From positions 74,430 through 138,429 of the forward strand of contig JAZKFH010000037.1 in NCBI GenBank assembly GCA_040386535.1: a stretch of 64,000 nucleotides of DNA, given 5' to 3'. Both the position numbers and the translations under genes were made by a program. Source of the DNA: Myxococcota bacterium (GTDB taxonomy: Bacteria > Myxococcota_A > UBA796 > SXON01). Positions 53,851-63,944 of the stretch are shown here, piece after piece; position 1 is the first letter of the stretch, and every line of letters starts with the position of its first letter. Below the pieces are notes generated by a model. That model saw only the letters and a program-made list of their open reading frames with translations, was not told the DNA's origin and made no database searches.

Positions 53851-56800
53851 ATGTCCCGTTCGAGCTCCCTCCTCGCGGTCTTCGGCCCGTCCACGCTCCT
53901 GGCCCTCGCGGCGTGCGGGGCCGTCTCGGCTCCCGAGATCGACTCGGCCGCTCCGGACTCGGCCGCTCCGGACTCGGCGCTGATCGCCGCCGACTCTGCC
54001 GATTCCGCCGACTCGGGCCTCGTCATCGGGGCGTCGGACACGCGGCATGCGGTGGTGCTCGGCACCGGGGCCGACGCGGATGCCGACGGCTACGCGACCA
54101 GCCTCGACTGTGACGATGCCGATGCCACCGCGTTCCCCGGCGCCGTCGAAGCGGATGACCTCGCGGATGACGATTGTGACGGCTGGGTCGACGAGGACTT
54201 CGTCGCCGCGGGCGACGTGATCGTGTCCGAGGTGAACCGCCAGGCCCGCTTCGGCGGCGCGGTCATCGTGAACGACGGCTCGTGGGTCGAGGTGTACAAC
54301 ACGTCCGACCGCACGGTCGACCTCGCGAATTGGGTGTTCTCCCGCGGTGGCAGCGCCCCGTACAACCAGGTCACGCTCGACGCCGCGTCGGCCCCGCTGC
54401 TCGCCCCGGGCGACTACGCGGTGTTCTGTGACACCGACAACTACCAGGGCTCGGTGGCCGCGTTCCCGCTCACCTGCGACTACGTGTGGGGCGACGAGAC
54501 CAAGGCCGCGACCTACGTCGGCACCAACCACGACAACACGTTCCTCCTCCGCCGGGACGCCGACACCGTGGCCCTCTACGTCGGCGGCAGCCGCACGACC
54601 GGCACGTTGGTGGACTCCGTCCGTTGGACCTACGACGCGGTGAACGGCTACTGGCCGCGCGACGCGAGCTACTCGCTGAGCCTCGACAACGGCTACTTCG
54701 ACAGCGCGGAGAACGACAGCAAGGACGTGTGGTGCTCGACCTCGAGCAACGCCGCCGGCGTCGTCTCCGCGAGCACGAGCTGGCGCTGGTACGACAACCT
54801 GTCGAGCACGCGTGACGAGCACGGCACCCCGGGCGCCGCCAACTACACCTGCCAGAACCTGCCCGACCGCGACGGGGACGGCTACACCGGCGTCGACGAC
54901 TGCGACGACTCCGACGCGAGCATCAACCCGCTGGCCGCCGAGGACTGCGACGGCGTCGATCAGGACTGCGACGGCTTCGTGGACGACGGCGCGCCCGGCA
55001 GCTCCGACTGGTACGCCGATCTCGACGGTGACACGTACGGCGATCCCGACGGCCTCGTGAGCACCTGCGCGACCCCCGCCGGGTACGTGCTCGACAGCAG
55101 CGACTGCGACGACACGGACGCCACCATCTCGCCCGACGGGGTCGAGGTCTGTGACGACCAGGACAACGACTGCAACGGCTCCGTGGACGACGGCGATCTT
55201 GCCGGCAGCAACGTGTTCTACGCCGATGCCGACGGTGACTCCTACGGGGACCCCGACAGCACCACCACCAGCTGCCTCGCGCCGGACGGCTACTCGAGCG
55301 ACGACGCGGATTGTGACGACGCGGACGCGACCGTCTCGCCCGACGGGATCGAGGCCGACGATCTGGCCGACAACGACTGTGACGACTGGGTCGACGAGGA
55401 CTTCGTCGCCGTGGGTGACCTCGTCTTCACCGAGATCAGCCGCCAGTCCCGCTTCGGCGCCGCGGTCATCAACAATGACGGCTCGTACCTCGAGGTCTAC
55501 AACACCTCGTCCCGCACTGTCGACCTCTCGAACTGGACCCTCGCGCGCGGCACCTCGACCTCCGGCCAGCAAATCGCGCTCGACCCCGCGGCCGCCCCCG
55601 TGCTCGCCCCCGGCGAATACGCGGTGTTCTGCGACACCGACAACTACCAGGCCTCGGCGACCGCCGCCTGGCCGATGGCGTGCGACTACGTCTGGGGGGA
55701 CGAGGCCCAGCCGAGCACCTACCAGGGCACGTACCACAACAACGTGTTCTTCTTGCGTCGCGACGCTGACACGGTCGGGCTCTACGTGGCGGGCAACCGC
55801 ACGACCGGCACGAAGGTCGACTCCGTGGCCTACGCGTACGACGCGACCGGCGGCTACTGGCCCCGCGTCGCGGGCTTCTCCATGAGCCTCGACCACGCCT
55901 ATGTCGACGCCACGCTGAACGACGTGAGCACCGCGTGGTGCAACACCGCGTCGAGCGCGACCGGGTCGGTGGCGAACAACACGGCGTGGCGTTGGTACGA
56001 CAACCTCACCACCGCGAACGACGAGCACGGCACCCCCGGCTCGGCCAACTACGACTGCCTGAATGACCCCGATCTCGACGGCGACGGCGTCACCGGCGCC
56101 ACCGACTGCGACGAGACCGATGCGTCGGTGTACCCGGGCGCCCCGGAGACCTGCAACGACCTCGACGACGACTGTGACGGCACGGTCGACGAGGACGCGG
56201 TGGACGAGCCGCTCTGGTACGCGGACGCCGACGGCGACGAGTTCGGCGACCCCCTCGTGGTCGACCTCGCCTGCGACCAGCCCACCGCCTACGTCGCGGA
56301 CGACTCGGACTGCGACGACACGAGCGCCGCGACCAACCCCGGCGCCGACGAGCTCTGCAACGACCTGGACGACGACTGTGACGCCTCGGTCGACGAGTCC
56401 GCGGTCGACGCCCCGACCTGGTACGCGGACCTCGACGCCGACGCCTACGGCGCCGACGCCGACACGTCCGTGACGTGTGACCAGCCCGACGGCTACCTCG
56501 CCGAGGGCGGTGACTGTGACGACGCCGACGCCGCCATCAACCCCGGCGCCACCGAGGCGTGTGACGGCGTGGACGAAGATTGTGACGGCACCGCCGACAA
56601 CGGCGCGCCCGGCTCCGACACGTTCTACGCGGACGCCGACGGGGACATGTACGGTGACCCGGCGAGCGCCTCCCTCTCGTGCGTGGCGCCCCCCGGCTAC
56701 GTCGCCGACGCGACCGACTGTGACGACGCGAGCGCCACCACCAACCCCGGCGCGGCCGAGGTTTGTGACGACGGCGCCGACAACGACTGCGATCCCGACC

Positions 56801-58185
56801 CGACCAGCTGCGAGTGGTCCGGCAGCCGCGGCGTGAAGGACGAGTACGACTTCCGCGGGTACGGCACGGCGGCGAGCTACGCGGTCGGGCACTCCGTCGC
56901 GAACAACGGCGACTTCAACGGGGACGGCCTGGACGACGTGGTGGTGGGGCAGGCCTACCACGACGACGGCGCGACGGTCGACGTGGGCCGCTTCTACATG
57001 TGGTACGGCGGTGCGGTCGACACGGCCGACACCATCGACACCGCCGACCTCGCGGTGCGCGGCGACAACACCATCGCGTCCGACCAGTTCGGCTGGGCCA
57101 CCCGCTTCGCCGGCGACGTGGACGGGGACGGCCGGGACGACCTTCTCTCCTCCGCCTGGCTCGCCGAGTCCACCAACCGCGGCCGCGCCTACCTGTTCCT
57201 CGGCGGCACCTCGCCCACCAGCGCGTCCGACGCCTTCGCCTCCTTCGGGTCGACCGGCACGAACAACTTCGCCGGCACCGCGGTGGACGGCGGCGACATC
57301 GACGGTGACGGCCTCGCCGACGTGATGGTGACGGCGTACGGCCGCGCCAGCTCGGCGGGCGCGGTGGCGGTGTGGAACGCCTCCGCCATCGGCGGCGGGC
57401 TGGAGATCATCGCCACCGACGCGACGGTGTTCATCACCGGCGCGACCGCCGGGGACTACCTCGGCTACTCCGGCGCGATGTCTCCCGACCTCGACGGTGA
57501 CGGCCTCGCCGACCTCATCCTCGGCGCCCCCGCCGCGGGCGCGGTCACGACGCCGGGCAAGGCGTTCGTGTTCTACGGGGTCGACACGATGTCGGGCGTG
57601 GTGAGCGCCTCCACGGCGGACGCGATCCTCACCGGCGCCGTGGCCGGCGACAGGTTCGGCCTGTCCGTCGCGAGCCTGGGCGACACCGACGGGGACGGCA
57701 ACGCCGACTTCGCCGTGTCCGCCGACAAGGAGGACACCGCCGGCGCCGACGCGGGCGCGGTGTACCTCTACACCAGCGCCCCGACCGGGGCGACGAGCGC
57801 CACGTCCGCCGCCTCCTCCACCCTCACGGGCGAGATCGCGGGAGACTTCTTCGGTCGCTCGGTGGCCGGCCTGGGTGACACGAACGGGGACGGCTACGCC
57901 GACCTCTCCGTGGGCGCCACCGGGTACGACGTGGGCTCCCTGTCGGGCGCGGGCGCGATGTACGTGATGTATGGGCCGGTGGCCGCAGGCAGCTCCTCCG
58001 CCACGGCCTATGACGCGCGCTTCCTCGGCGCGAACACCGCCGATGCCGTGGGCTACGCGGTCAGCGGCGGCGGCGACGTGGACGGAGACGGCTACGCCGA
58101 CTTCCTCACCAGCGCCCCGAGCTGGGACTCGTTCGGCTTCCTCAACGCCGGCGGCTCCTGGCTCTTCTACGGCCGCGGTGAGTAA
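53851..58185 (+). CDS. Large lipoprotein: two LTD-like domains, MopE-like repeats, FG-GAP propeller
   Basis: LLALAAC lipobox; duplicated EVYNTS.RTVDL.NW...HGTPG.ANY domain; DCDD repeats; GDxDGDG repeats. Confidence 0.88.
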   Translation: MSRSSSLLAVFGPSTLLALAACGAVSAPEIDSAAPDSAAPDSALIAADSADSADSGLVIGASDTRHAVVLGTGADADADGYATSLDCDDADATAFPGAVEADDLADDDCDGWVDEDFVAAGDVIVSEVNRQARFGGAVIVNDGSWVEVYNTSDRTVDLANWVFSRGGSAPYNQVTLDAASAPLLAPGDYAVFCDTDNYQGSVAAFPLTCDYVWGDETKAATYVGTNHDNTFLLRRDADTVALYVGGSRTTGTLVDSVRWTYDAVNGYWPRDASYSLSLDNGYFDSAENDSKDVWCSTSSNAAGVVSASTSWRWYDNLSSTRDEHGTPGAANYTCQNLPDRDGDGYTGVDDCDDSDASINPLAAEDCDGVDQDCDGFVDDGAPGSSDWYADLDGDTYGDPDGLVSTCATPAGYVLDSSDCDDTDATISPDGVEVCDDQDNDCNGSVDDGDLAGSNVFYADADGDSYGDPDSTTTSCLAPDGYSSDDADCDDADATVSPDGIEADDLADNDCDDWVDEDFVAVGDLVFTEISRQSRFGAAVINNDGSYLEVYNTSSRTVDLSNWTLARGTSTSGQQIALDPAAAPVLAPGEYAVFCDTDNYQASATAAWPMACDYVWGDEAQPSTYQGTYHNNVFFLRRDADTVGLYVAGNRTTGTKVDSVAYAYDATGGYWPRVAGFSMSLDHAYVDATLNDVSTAWCNTASSATGSVANNTAWRWYDNLTTANDEHGTPGSANYDCLNDPDLDGDGVTGATDCDETDASVYPGAPETCNDLDDDCDGTVDEDAVDEPLWYADADGDEFGDPLVVDLACDQPTAYVADDSDCDDTSAATNPGADELCNDLDDDCDASVDESAVDAPTWYADLDADAYGADADTSVTCDQPDGYLAEGGDCDDADAAINPGATEACDGVDEDCDGTADNGAPGSDTFYADADGDMYGDPASASLSCVAPPGYVADATDCDDASATTNPGAAEVCDDGADNDCDPDPTSCEWSGSRGVKDEYDFRGYGTAASYAVGHSVANNGDFNGDGLDDVVVGQAYHDDGATVDVGRFYMWYGGAVDTADTIDTADLAVRGDNTIASDQFGWATRFAGDVDGDGRDDLLSSAWLAESTNRGRAYLFLGGTSPTSASDAFASFGSTGTNNFAGTAVDGGDIDGDGLADVMVTAYGRASSAGAVAVWNASAIGGGLEIIATDATVFITGATAGDYLGYSGAMSPDLDGDGLADLILGAPAAGAVTTPGKAFVFYGVDTMSGVVSASTADAILTGAVAGDRFGLSVASLGDTDGDGNADFAVSADKEDTAGADAGAVYLYTSAPTGATSATSAASSTLTGEIAGDFFGRSVAGLGDTNGDGYADLSVGATGYDVGSLSGAGAMYVMYGPVAAGSSSATAYDARFLGANTADAVGYAVSGGGDVDGDGYADFLTSAPSWDSFGFLNAGGSWLFYGRGE

Positions 58186-58280
58186 CCGAGCGTAGCGGTT
58201 GGAAACGTTCGGGCGGGACGTGTCGTGCCGCCCGGACGCCTGCGCGAGCGCGTGGCTACGTTCTCCGGCGAGGTGTACGC

Positions 58281-59111
58281 ATGCGCAGGACAATCGTAGC
58301 AGCGCTCGCGCTGACCGTGGGCGTTGCGGGCTCGGTGGCCTTGGGTCCCGCGTGTAGCCAGCGCCAACGCTCCAAGATCGAGGGCCAGATCGCGAACGCC
58401 GTGGTGTCCGACGAGACGGAGCGCGAGCTCGGCCGGCAGGTGCACCAGGAGCTGGAGAAGCAGGGGGTCCGCTACGTGCAGGATCCGGTCGTGACCCGGT
58501 ACGTCGAGGGCATCGTGACGCGGCTCGCCAAAGAGGTGAAGCGCGAGGGCGCCGCGGACGATCTCAAGGTCTTCGTCATCGACGATCCGAAGACGGTGAA
58601 CGCGTTCGCCACGCCGGGCGGGCGCCTGTACGTCTTCACGGGGCTGCTGCTCACCGCCGAGGACGAGGCGGAGGTTGCCGGCGTTCTCGGCCACGAGATC
58701 GGTCACATCGTGGCCAGCCATCCATCCAAGCGCATCGCCCTCGCGATGGGGTTCGAGACGCTCGCCAGCCTCGCCCTCGGCCAGGATCCCGGGCAGCTCC
58801 AGGAGCTCGCGGCCTCGCTGCTCGGGGGCGGCGTGCTCGCGGCCCACGGGCGCGGCGAGGAGAACGAGGCCGACGAGCTCGGCCTCGGGTACCTGCATCG
58901 CGCCGGCTTCGATCCGCGCGGCATGGTGCGGTTCTTCAAGCGGATCCGGGAGGCGTCGGGGGACACGCCGAAGGCGCTGGTCTGGCTCTCGTCCCACCCG
59001 ACCACGACCTCGCGCATCGACAACGTGCGCGAGACGATCAAGTCGCGCGGGTGGGAAGGCGGGGAGGAGGGCGTGGAGACCCACGCGGCCATCCGGGCGG
59101 CGCTGCGCTGA
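58281..59111 (+). CDS. M48 family zinc metalloprotease (lipoprotein-like)
   Basis: NAFATPGG, GVLGHEIGH, ENEADELG, LSSHP...RI. Confidence 0.93.
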   Translation: MRRTIVAALALTVGVAGSVALGPACSQRQRSKIEGQIANAVVSDETERELGRQVHQELEKQGVRYVQDPVVTRYVEGIVTRLAKEVKREGAADDLKVFVIDDPKTVNAFATPGGRLYVFTGLLLTAEDEAEVAGVLGHEIGHIVASHPSKRIALAMGFETLASLALGQDPGQLQELAASLLGGGVLAAHGRGEENEADELGLGYLHRAGFDPRGMVRFFKRIREASGDTPKALVWLSSHPTTTSRIDNVRETIKSRGWEGGEEGVETHAAIRAALR

Positions 59112-59166
59112 CGGGCGAGAGAAGCGACCAGCGGGGTGCCTACCCTTGGGGGAGAGGAGAACCCGC

Positions 59167-59610
59167 ATGGAACGGAACGAAGTCGTCGCCCTGCTCAACG
59201 AGCTCATCCACCTCGACATCGACGCGGTGCGCGCCTACGGGCAGGCCATCGACAACATCCGGGACACCGCGGTCCGGCAGACGCTCACGGGTTTTCGGGC
59301 GGACCACGAGCGGCACGTGACCGAACTGTCGGCGTTGGTGCGGAACTACGGCGGCGAGCCCGCGCATCGCCCCGATCTGAAGGGGGTGCTGCTCGAAGGG
59401 ATGACGGCGATCCGCTCCGCCATGGGCGAGGGGCCGGCCCTGCGCGCCATGCGGGACAACGAGCGGTTCACCAACCGCCGCTATGTCAAGGCGCTCGAGA
59501 CGCCGGGGCTCCCCGACGAGGTCCGGAACCTGATCGCGAGCAACCGCGAGGACGAGCGGCGCCATCTCGCCTGGATCGAGGCCCGCGTCGCCCAACAGGC
59601 GCCGGTCTGA
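59167..59610 (+). CDS. Ferritin-like domain protein (DUF2383/PA2169-like)
   Basis: ATG 59167 after AGGAGA; LDIDAVRAY, DHERHVTEL, NE...Y, DERRHLAWI. Confidence 0.85.
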   Translation: MERNEVVALLNELIHLDIDAVRAYGQAIDNIRDTAVRQTLTGFRADHERHVTELSALVRNYGGEPAHRPDLKGVLLEGMTAIRSAMGEGPALRAMRDNERFTNRRYVKALETPGLPDEVRNLIASNREDERRHLAWIEARVAQQAPV

Positions 59611-59662
59611 CACGAGGACGGGGGACGGGGCGCAGGATCGGCGTCCCTCGTTATGCTGCCGT

Positions 59663-60826
59663 ATGTCCGACGAAGGTCCTCCCGAGCCCAAGCTCCCCGC
59701 TGACCGGTACGAGGATCGCGGGGCGTTTGCCCAGGGTGGCACCGCCGCGGTGCACCTCACCGTAGACCGCGTGCTCGGCCGGCCGGTCGCGACGAAGATC
59801 GCCAAGTCGGTCGACCCCGTGCAGCTCGCGCGCTTTCGGCGGGAGGCGTGCATCACGGCGCAGCTCGAGCACCCCAACATCGTGCCCGTGCACGACCTGG
59901 GCGACACGTGGTTCACGATGAAGCGGGTCGAGGGCGCCACGCTCTCGGCGCTCGTGCGCGGGGAGCCCTATGGCGTCGTGATGCTCGGCAAGGTGCTCGA
60001 CATCCTGCTCAAGGTCTGCGACGCGCTGGCCTTCGCCCACGATCGCCGCGTGGTGCACCGCGATCTGAAGCCCGAGAACGTGATGGTCGGGCGGTTCGGG
60101 CAGGTGTACCTGATGGATTGGGGCATCGCCCAGGTGGATGGTGTGTCGGATGCGCCCTACGCGGGCACGACCGCCTGGGTGGCGCCCGAGCAGGCGCGCG
60201 GCGAGACGTGTGACGGGCGTACCGATGTGTGGGGCGTGGGTGGGCTGCTCTACTACGCCTTGTGCGGCGCGCGGCCAAACCAGGGGCCGACCCCCGAGGA
60301 GCGCGTCGCCAACGCGCGCGCGGGCCGCCAACCGCTGGCCCCCACGATCATGGCGCCGTCGCGCAACTTGCCCTACGAGCTGGTTCGCATCGCGATGAAG
60401 GCCCTCCAGCCGACCCCCGCGGACCGGTACCCCGACATCACGGCGATGATGGCGGACCTGCGCGCCGTGCACGGCGGCGGCTGGTGGTTCGAGCTGCGGG
60501 TCTTCGCGGCGGGGAGCGAGATCGTCCGCGAGGGGGATGAGGCCGACACCGCCTACATCCTCGTGCAGGGCCGCTGCGAGGTGTGCCAGAACGGAGGGCC
60601 GATCGCCGAGCTCGGCCCGGGCGAGGTGTTCGGCGAGGCCGGGCTGCTCGTGGGCGGGCCCCGCGTCGCGTCCGTCGTCGCGCTGACCGAGGTGGTGACC
60701 CGGGTCATCACGCGGGAGGCCCTGGAGGCCGAGCTCGGTCGGGATCGCTGGATGGGCGCCCTGGTGCGCGGGCTCGCCCGTCGTTTCCACGACTTGTCTA
60801 CGGAGAACCTGGAGCGTCGCTTCTAG
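59663..60826 (+). CDS. Ser/Thr protein kinase fused to C-terminal cyclic nucleotide-binding domain
   Basis: ATK, HPNIVPVH, HRDLKPEN, DWG, APE; IVREGD...G...GEVFGE...PRVASV. Confidence 0.9.
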   Translation: MSDEGPPEPKLPADRYEDRGAFAQGGTAAVHLTVDRVLGRPVATKIAKSVDPVQLARFRREACITAQLEHPNIVPVHDLGDTWFTMKRVEGATLSALVRGEPYGVVMLGKVLDILLKVCDALAFAHDRRVVHRDLKPENVMVGRFGQVYLMDWGIAQVDGVSDAPYAGTTAWVAPEQARGETCDGRTDVWGVGGLLYYALCGARPNQGPTPEERVANARAGRQPLAPTIMAPSRNLPYELVRIAMKALQPTPADRYPDITAMMADLRAVHGGGWWFELRVFAAGSEIVREGDEADTAYILVQGRCEVCQNGGPIAELGPGEVFGEAGLLVGGPRVASVVALTEVVTRVITREALEAELGRDRWMGALVRGLARRFHDLSTENLERRF

Positions 60827-60833
60827 CGGGCGG

Positions 60834-62675
60834 ATGGCGGATGTCGCCACCCGTTCGCGTGTACAGAATCCAGAGATGGCCGTGCGCTCCATGCCCGAGA
60901 CGACCGCGAGAGGGGAGGTGCTGGCCGACCTCGCCACGGCCTTTGCGGAGGCGGTGACCGACGAGCAGAAGCTGCTCCAGTTGGTCGTCGAGCGGGTGTG
61001 CGCCCTGACAGGTGATGCCTGTGTGATCCGCCTGCTCGACGAGAACGGGGTCTTCCGCTCCGTGGCCCAGCACCACGCCGACCCCAAGCTGCTCCAACGT
61101 GTGCGGATGGTGTCCCAGGCGACCCAACCCAACCCCTGCCTGGGCGTGTGGCACACCCTGCTCACCGAACGTCGCCTGGTACGGCTGGTGGTGGCGCCCG
61201 ACCGCCTGCCACCTGGGCTGACACCCGAGCAACGCGCGTTGTTCGAGCACACGCCGGTCACCCACTTTCTCGGGGTGCCCCTCGTCGCGCGGGGGCGCGT
61301 GATCGGCGGGGTGCTGGTCGTCCGCTGCGCGCGCCCCGAGCCTCACGCCGACGAAGACGTGGCGCTCCTGCGGGACCTCGCCGAGCGCGCCGCGCTCGCG
61401 ATCGACAACGCCCGCCTCTACACCGCGGAGCGGAACGCCCGCACCCGCGCCGAGGACGCCGAGGACGCCCTCCGGGCCGAGCTCGCCGAGCGCCTGCGCG
61501 CGGAGGAGCAGCGGCGGGAGAGCGACGAGCGGCTCCACCTGCTCGTACAATCGGTGGTGGACTACGCGATCTTCCTCCTCGATCAGGAGGGGCGGATCGC
61601 CTCCTGGAACGCCGGCGCGCAGCGCATCTACGGGTGGGCGGAGGCGGACGTGCTCCACCGGCACGTCACGTTCCTGCTCCCCAAGACGCGGACCGCGACC
61701 TCGGTGGACGAGGTGCTCGACGCCGCGAAGACCGCCGGGCGCGCGGAGATCGAGGGCTGGGGGGCGCGCAGCGACACGAGCCGGTTCTGGGCCAACACCG
61801 TGGTGAGCGCCATCCGCTCGAACGGGTCGCGCCTGCTCGGCTTCGCGGTCATCACGCGGGATCTGACGGCGAGCCGGGAGACCGAAGCGGTGCAGAACAT
61901 GAATTCGCTGCTCGAGGCCCGCACGCGGGAGCTCGCCGCGGCGAACGAGGAGCTCGAGGCCTTCTCCTACAGCGTCTCGCACGATCTGCGTGCGCCGCTC
62001 CGCGCGATCGACGGCTTCAGCCAGGCCCTGCTGTCGGACTACGCCGATGTGCTCGACGAGACCGGGGCGAGCCACCTCCGTCGCGTGCGTGTCGGCGTGA
62101 GCCGCATGCGCCAGCTCATCGACGACATGCTCCAGCTGTCCCGCAGCACGCGCATCGCGCTCGAGCCGGCGCCGATCGACCTGGCGCGGATCGCCGCCGA
62201 CGTCGCGGCGGAGCTGCGGGCGCGGGACCCGGAGCGGGCCGTGCAGGTGGAGATCCCGGAGAACCTGCACGTCCACGGTGACCCGCGCATGCTGCGCATC
62301 GTGATGGAGAACCTGCTCGGCAATGCCTGGAAGTTCACGCGGAACCAGCCCGCCGCGCGGATCGTGGTGTCGGGCGTCACGCGCCCGGACGAGGTCGTGG
62401 TCACCGTCGCGGACAACGGCGCCGGCTTCGACATGACCTACGCGCGGCGCCTGTTCCAGCCGTTCCAGCGCCTGCACAGCGCCGAGGAGTTCGAGGGCAC
62501 CGGGATCGGCCTCGCCATCGTGCGCCGGATCGTGCATCGGCATGGCGGACGGGTCTGGGCCGAGGGCAAACCGGACAGCGGCGCCTCCTTCCATTTCTCC
62601 CTGCCCGTGCGGGAGGTGTCCGAGCAGGCGACCGCGGGGACCCCCGCTACGATCCCCACCAAGACGACGTCGTAG
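60834..62675 (+). CDS. GAF-PAS sensor histidine kinase
   Basis: GVPL...IGG...AALAIDNARLY (GAF); YAIFLLD..G.IASWNAGA (PAS); SHDLRAPLR, NAWKF, DNGAGF, FQRLH, GTGIGL. Confidence 0.95.
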   Translation: MADVATRSRVQNPEMAVRSMPETTARGEVLADLATAFAEAVTDEQKLLQLVVERVCALTGDACVIRLLDENGVFRSVAQHHADPKLLQRVRMVSQATQPNPCLGVWHTLLTERRLVRLVVAPDRLPPGLTPEQRALFEHTPVTHFLGVPLVARGRVIGGVLVVRCARPEPHADEDVALLRDLAERAALAIDNARLYTAERNARTRAEDAEDALRAELAERLRAEEQRRESDERLHLLVQSVVDYAIFLLDQEGRIASWNAGAQRIYGWAEADVLHRHVTFLLPKTRTATSVDEVLDAAKTAGRAEIEGWGARSDTSRFWANTVVSAIRSNGSRLLGFAVITRDLTASRETEAVQNMNSLLEARTRELAAANEELEAFSYSVSHDLRAPLRAIDGFSQALLSDYADVLDETGASHLRRVRVGVSRMRQLIDDMLQLSRSTRIALEPAPIDLARIAADVAAELRARDPERAVQVEIPENLHVHGDPRMLRIVMENLLGNAWKFTRNQPAARIVVSGVTRPDEVVVTVADNGAGFDMTYARRLFQPFQRLHSAEEFEGTGIGLAIVRRIVHRHGGRVWAEGKPDSGASFHFSLPVREVSEQATAGTPATIPTKTTS

Positions 62676-62705
62676 GGGAATACCAGGGCCCTGTCCAGGC
62701 GTTCG

Positions 62706-63944
62706 GTGCGCGTGCTCACCCTCCTGCTCCTCGCCCACGCCCACGCCGCCGAGGTCGGCGGTTACTTCCGCCTCGCGGCGCGCCCCGATCTCGTGGGGGG
62801 CGCCGGGCGCCTGGGCACGTCCCCGATGTACGGGCGCCTGCTCAACGAGGGGCCGTGGGCCCTGCTCGATCTGCGGCAATCGCTCGTGGAGGGCGCCGCC
62901 GGAGAGCCCTGGGGCGCGCTCAGCCTGCGTGTCGAGGGCGGGTCCGTGGGCGCCGGCGACCCGACGAATGGCAGCCTGCTCGGCTTCCGCATCACGCAGC
63001 TGTACATGACCGCCGGGAACGTGGGGGTGCCCGACGTGACGTTCCGGGTCGGCACCCTCGAGACGACGTTCGGTGATCTCTGGCTGTTCGACGCGCGCCC
63101 CACGCAAATGCTCGTCGACGTGCTCGGCGCCTCCGCGACGTGGGCCCGCGGCGGCTCCGAGGTGATGGTGGGCCTCGGCGACGCGGGCTGGTCGCTCCAC
63201 GGCGCGCGCTACCACGTGGTCGGGAGCGCGGGCGGATCGATCCGGCACCGCGGCGATCACGGCGAGATCGGCATCGGCGGACAGGCGTGGTTCGAGCCCG
63301 CGGACGGGGCCGCCGACGGCGCGCAGGAAGAGGCCCACGCCTGGAAGGTCGCGGGGACGGTGGGCTTCGGCGATCTCGGCCCGGTCCGATGGAACCGCTT
63401 CCAGGTCATCCTGCTCCGCCGGCTCCCCGACGAGCCGCGGGTGGAGGTGGTGGACGGCGAGGAGGTGCGCATCGGCGTGGCCCGCGAGACCGACCAGCGC
63501 CACGAGCTGCTGGTGGGCGACGAGGTAGAGCTGGACGTGGTGCCCGACCACCTGGAGATCGCCGCCGCCGTGCTGTTCGAGCACCGCTTCGATCCCGACG
63601 GGGACCGCCCCGAGAGCCCGACCAACCGCACGTCGATCTCCGGGGTGCTCCGGGCGCAGGTGGCGCTCACGCCCCTGTTCTCCCTGCTCGGCGAGACCAG
63701 CCTCGCGCGCGAGGTCATGCGTGGCGCCGCCGGGGACGCCTCGCCGCGCAAGGACACGTGGCAGGGCAAGGCGGGCCTGGTGCTCTCTCCCGCGGGCCCC
63801 GGCCTCGGCGACCGCCCTGCGTTGCGCGCGCTGTACGGGGCGCAACACTGTTCGCTCCCGAACGCATGGCCGGGCGCCCCGGCGGAGGGCGGGGACGCGC
63901 GCTGGCACCACCTGGTCTCGCTCGAGGCCGAAGCATGGTTCTGA
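62706..63944 (+). CDS. Outer-membrane beta-barrel, LamB/carbohydrate-porin-like
   Basis: Signal peptide ending AHA; GYFR and GRLLNE near the N-terminus; RPALR.LY and terminal EAEAWF resemble maltoporin termini. Confidence 0.7.
   Translation: MRVLTLLLLAHAHAAEVGGYFRLAARPDLVGGAGRLGTSPMYGRLLNEGPWALLDLRQSLVEGAAGEPWGALSLRVEGGSVGAGDPTNGSLLGFRITQLYMTAGNVGVPDVTFRVGTLETTFGDLWLFDARPTQMLVDVLGASATWARGGSEVMVGLGDAGWSLHGARYHVVGSAGGSIRHRGDHGEIGIGGQAWFEPADGAADGAQEEAHAWKVAGTVGFGDLGPVRWNRFQVILLRRLPDEPRVEVVDGEEVRIGVARETDQRHELLVGDEVELDVVPDHLEIAAAVLFEHRFDPDGDRPESPTNRTSISGVLRAQVALTPLFSLLGETSLAREVMRGAAGDASPRKDTWQGKAGLVLSPAGPGLGDRPALRALYGAQHCSLPNAWPGAPAEGGDARWHHLVSLEAEAWF

Noticed and set aside
53941..53979. 15-bp tandem repeat GACTCGGCCGCTCCG
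   Set aside because: Only about 2.5 copies encoding a DSAAP low-complexity linker after the lipobox; ordinary.
53638..58293. 1551-aa minus-strand ORF and similar long ORFs (38..1819 +, 36556..39510 -, 60798..63911 -, 34284..36656 -, 2718..5384 -, 14883..17141 -)
   Set aside because: Antisense or alternate-frame shadows expected at this GC content; the opposite strand or another frame carries recognisable proteins.
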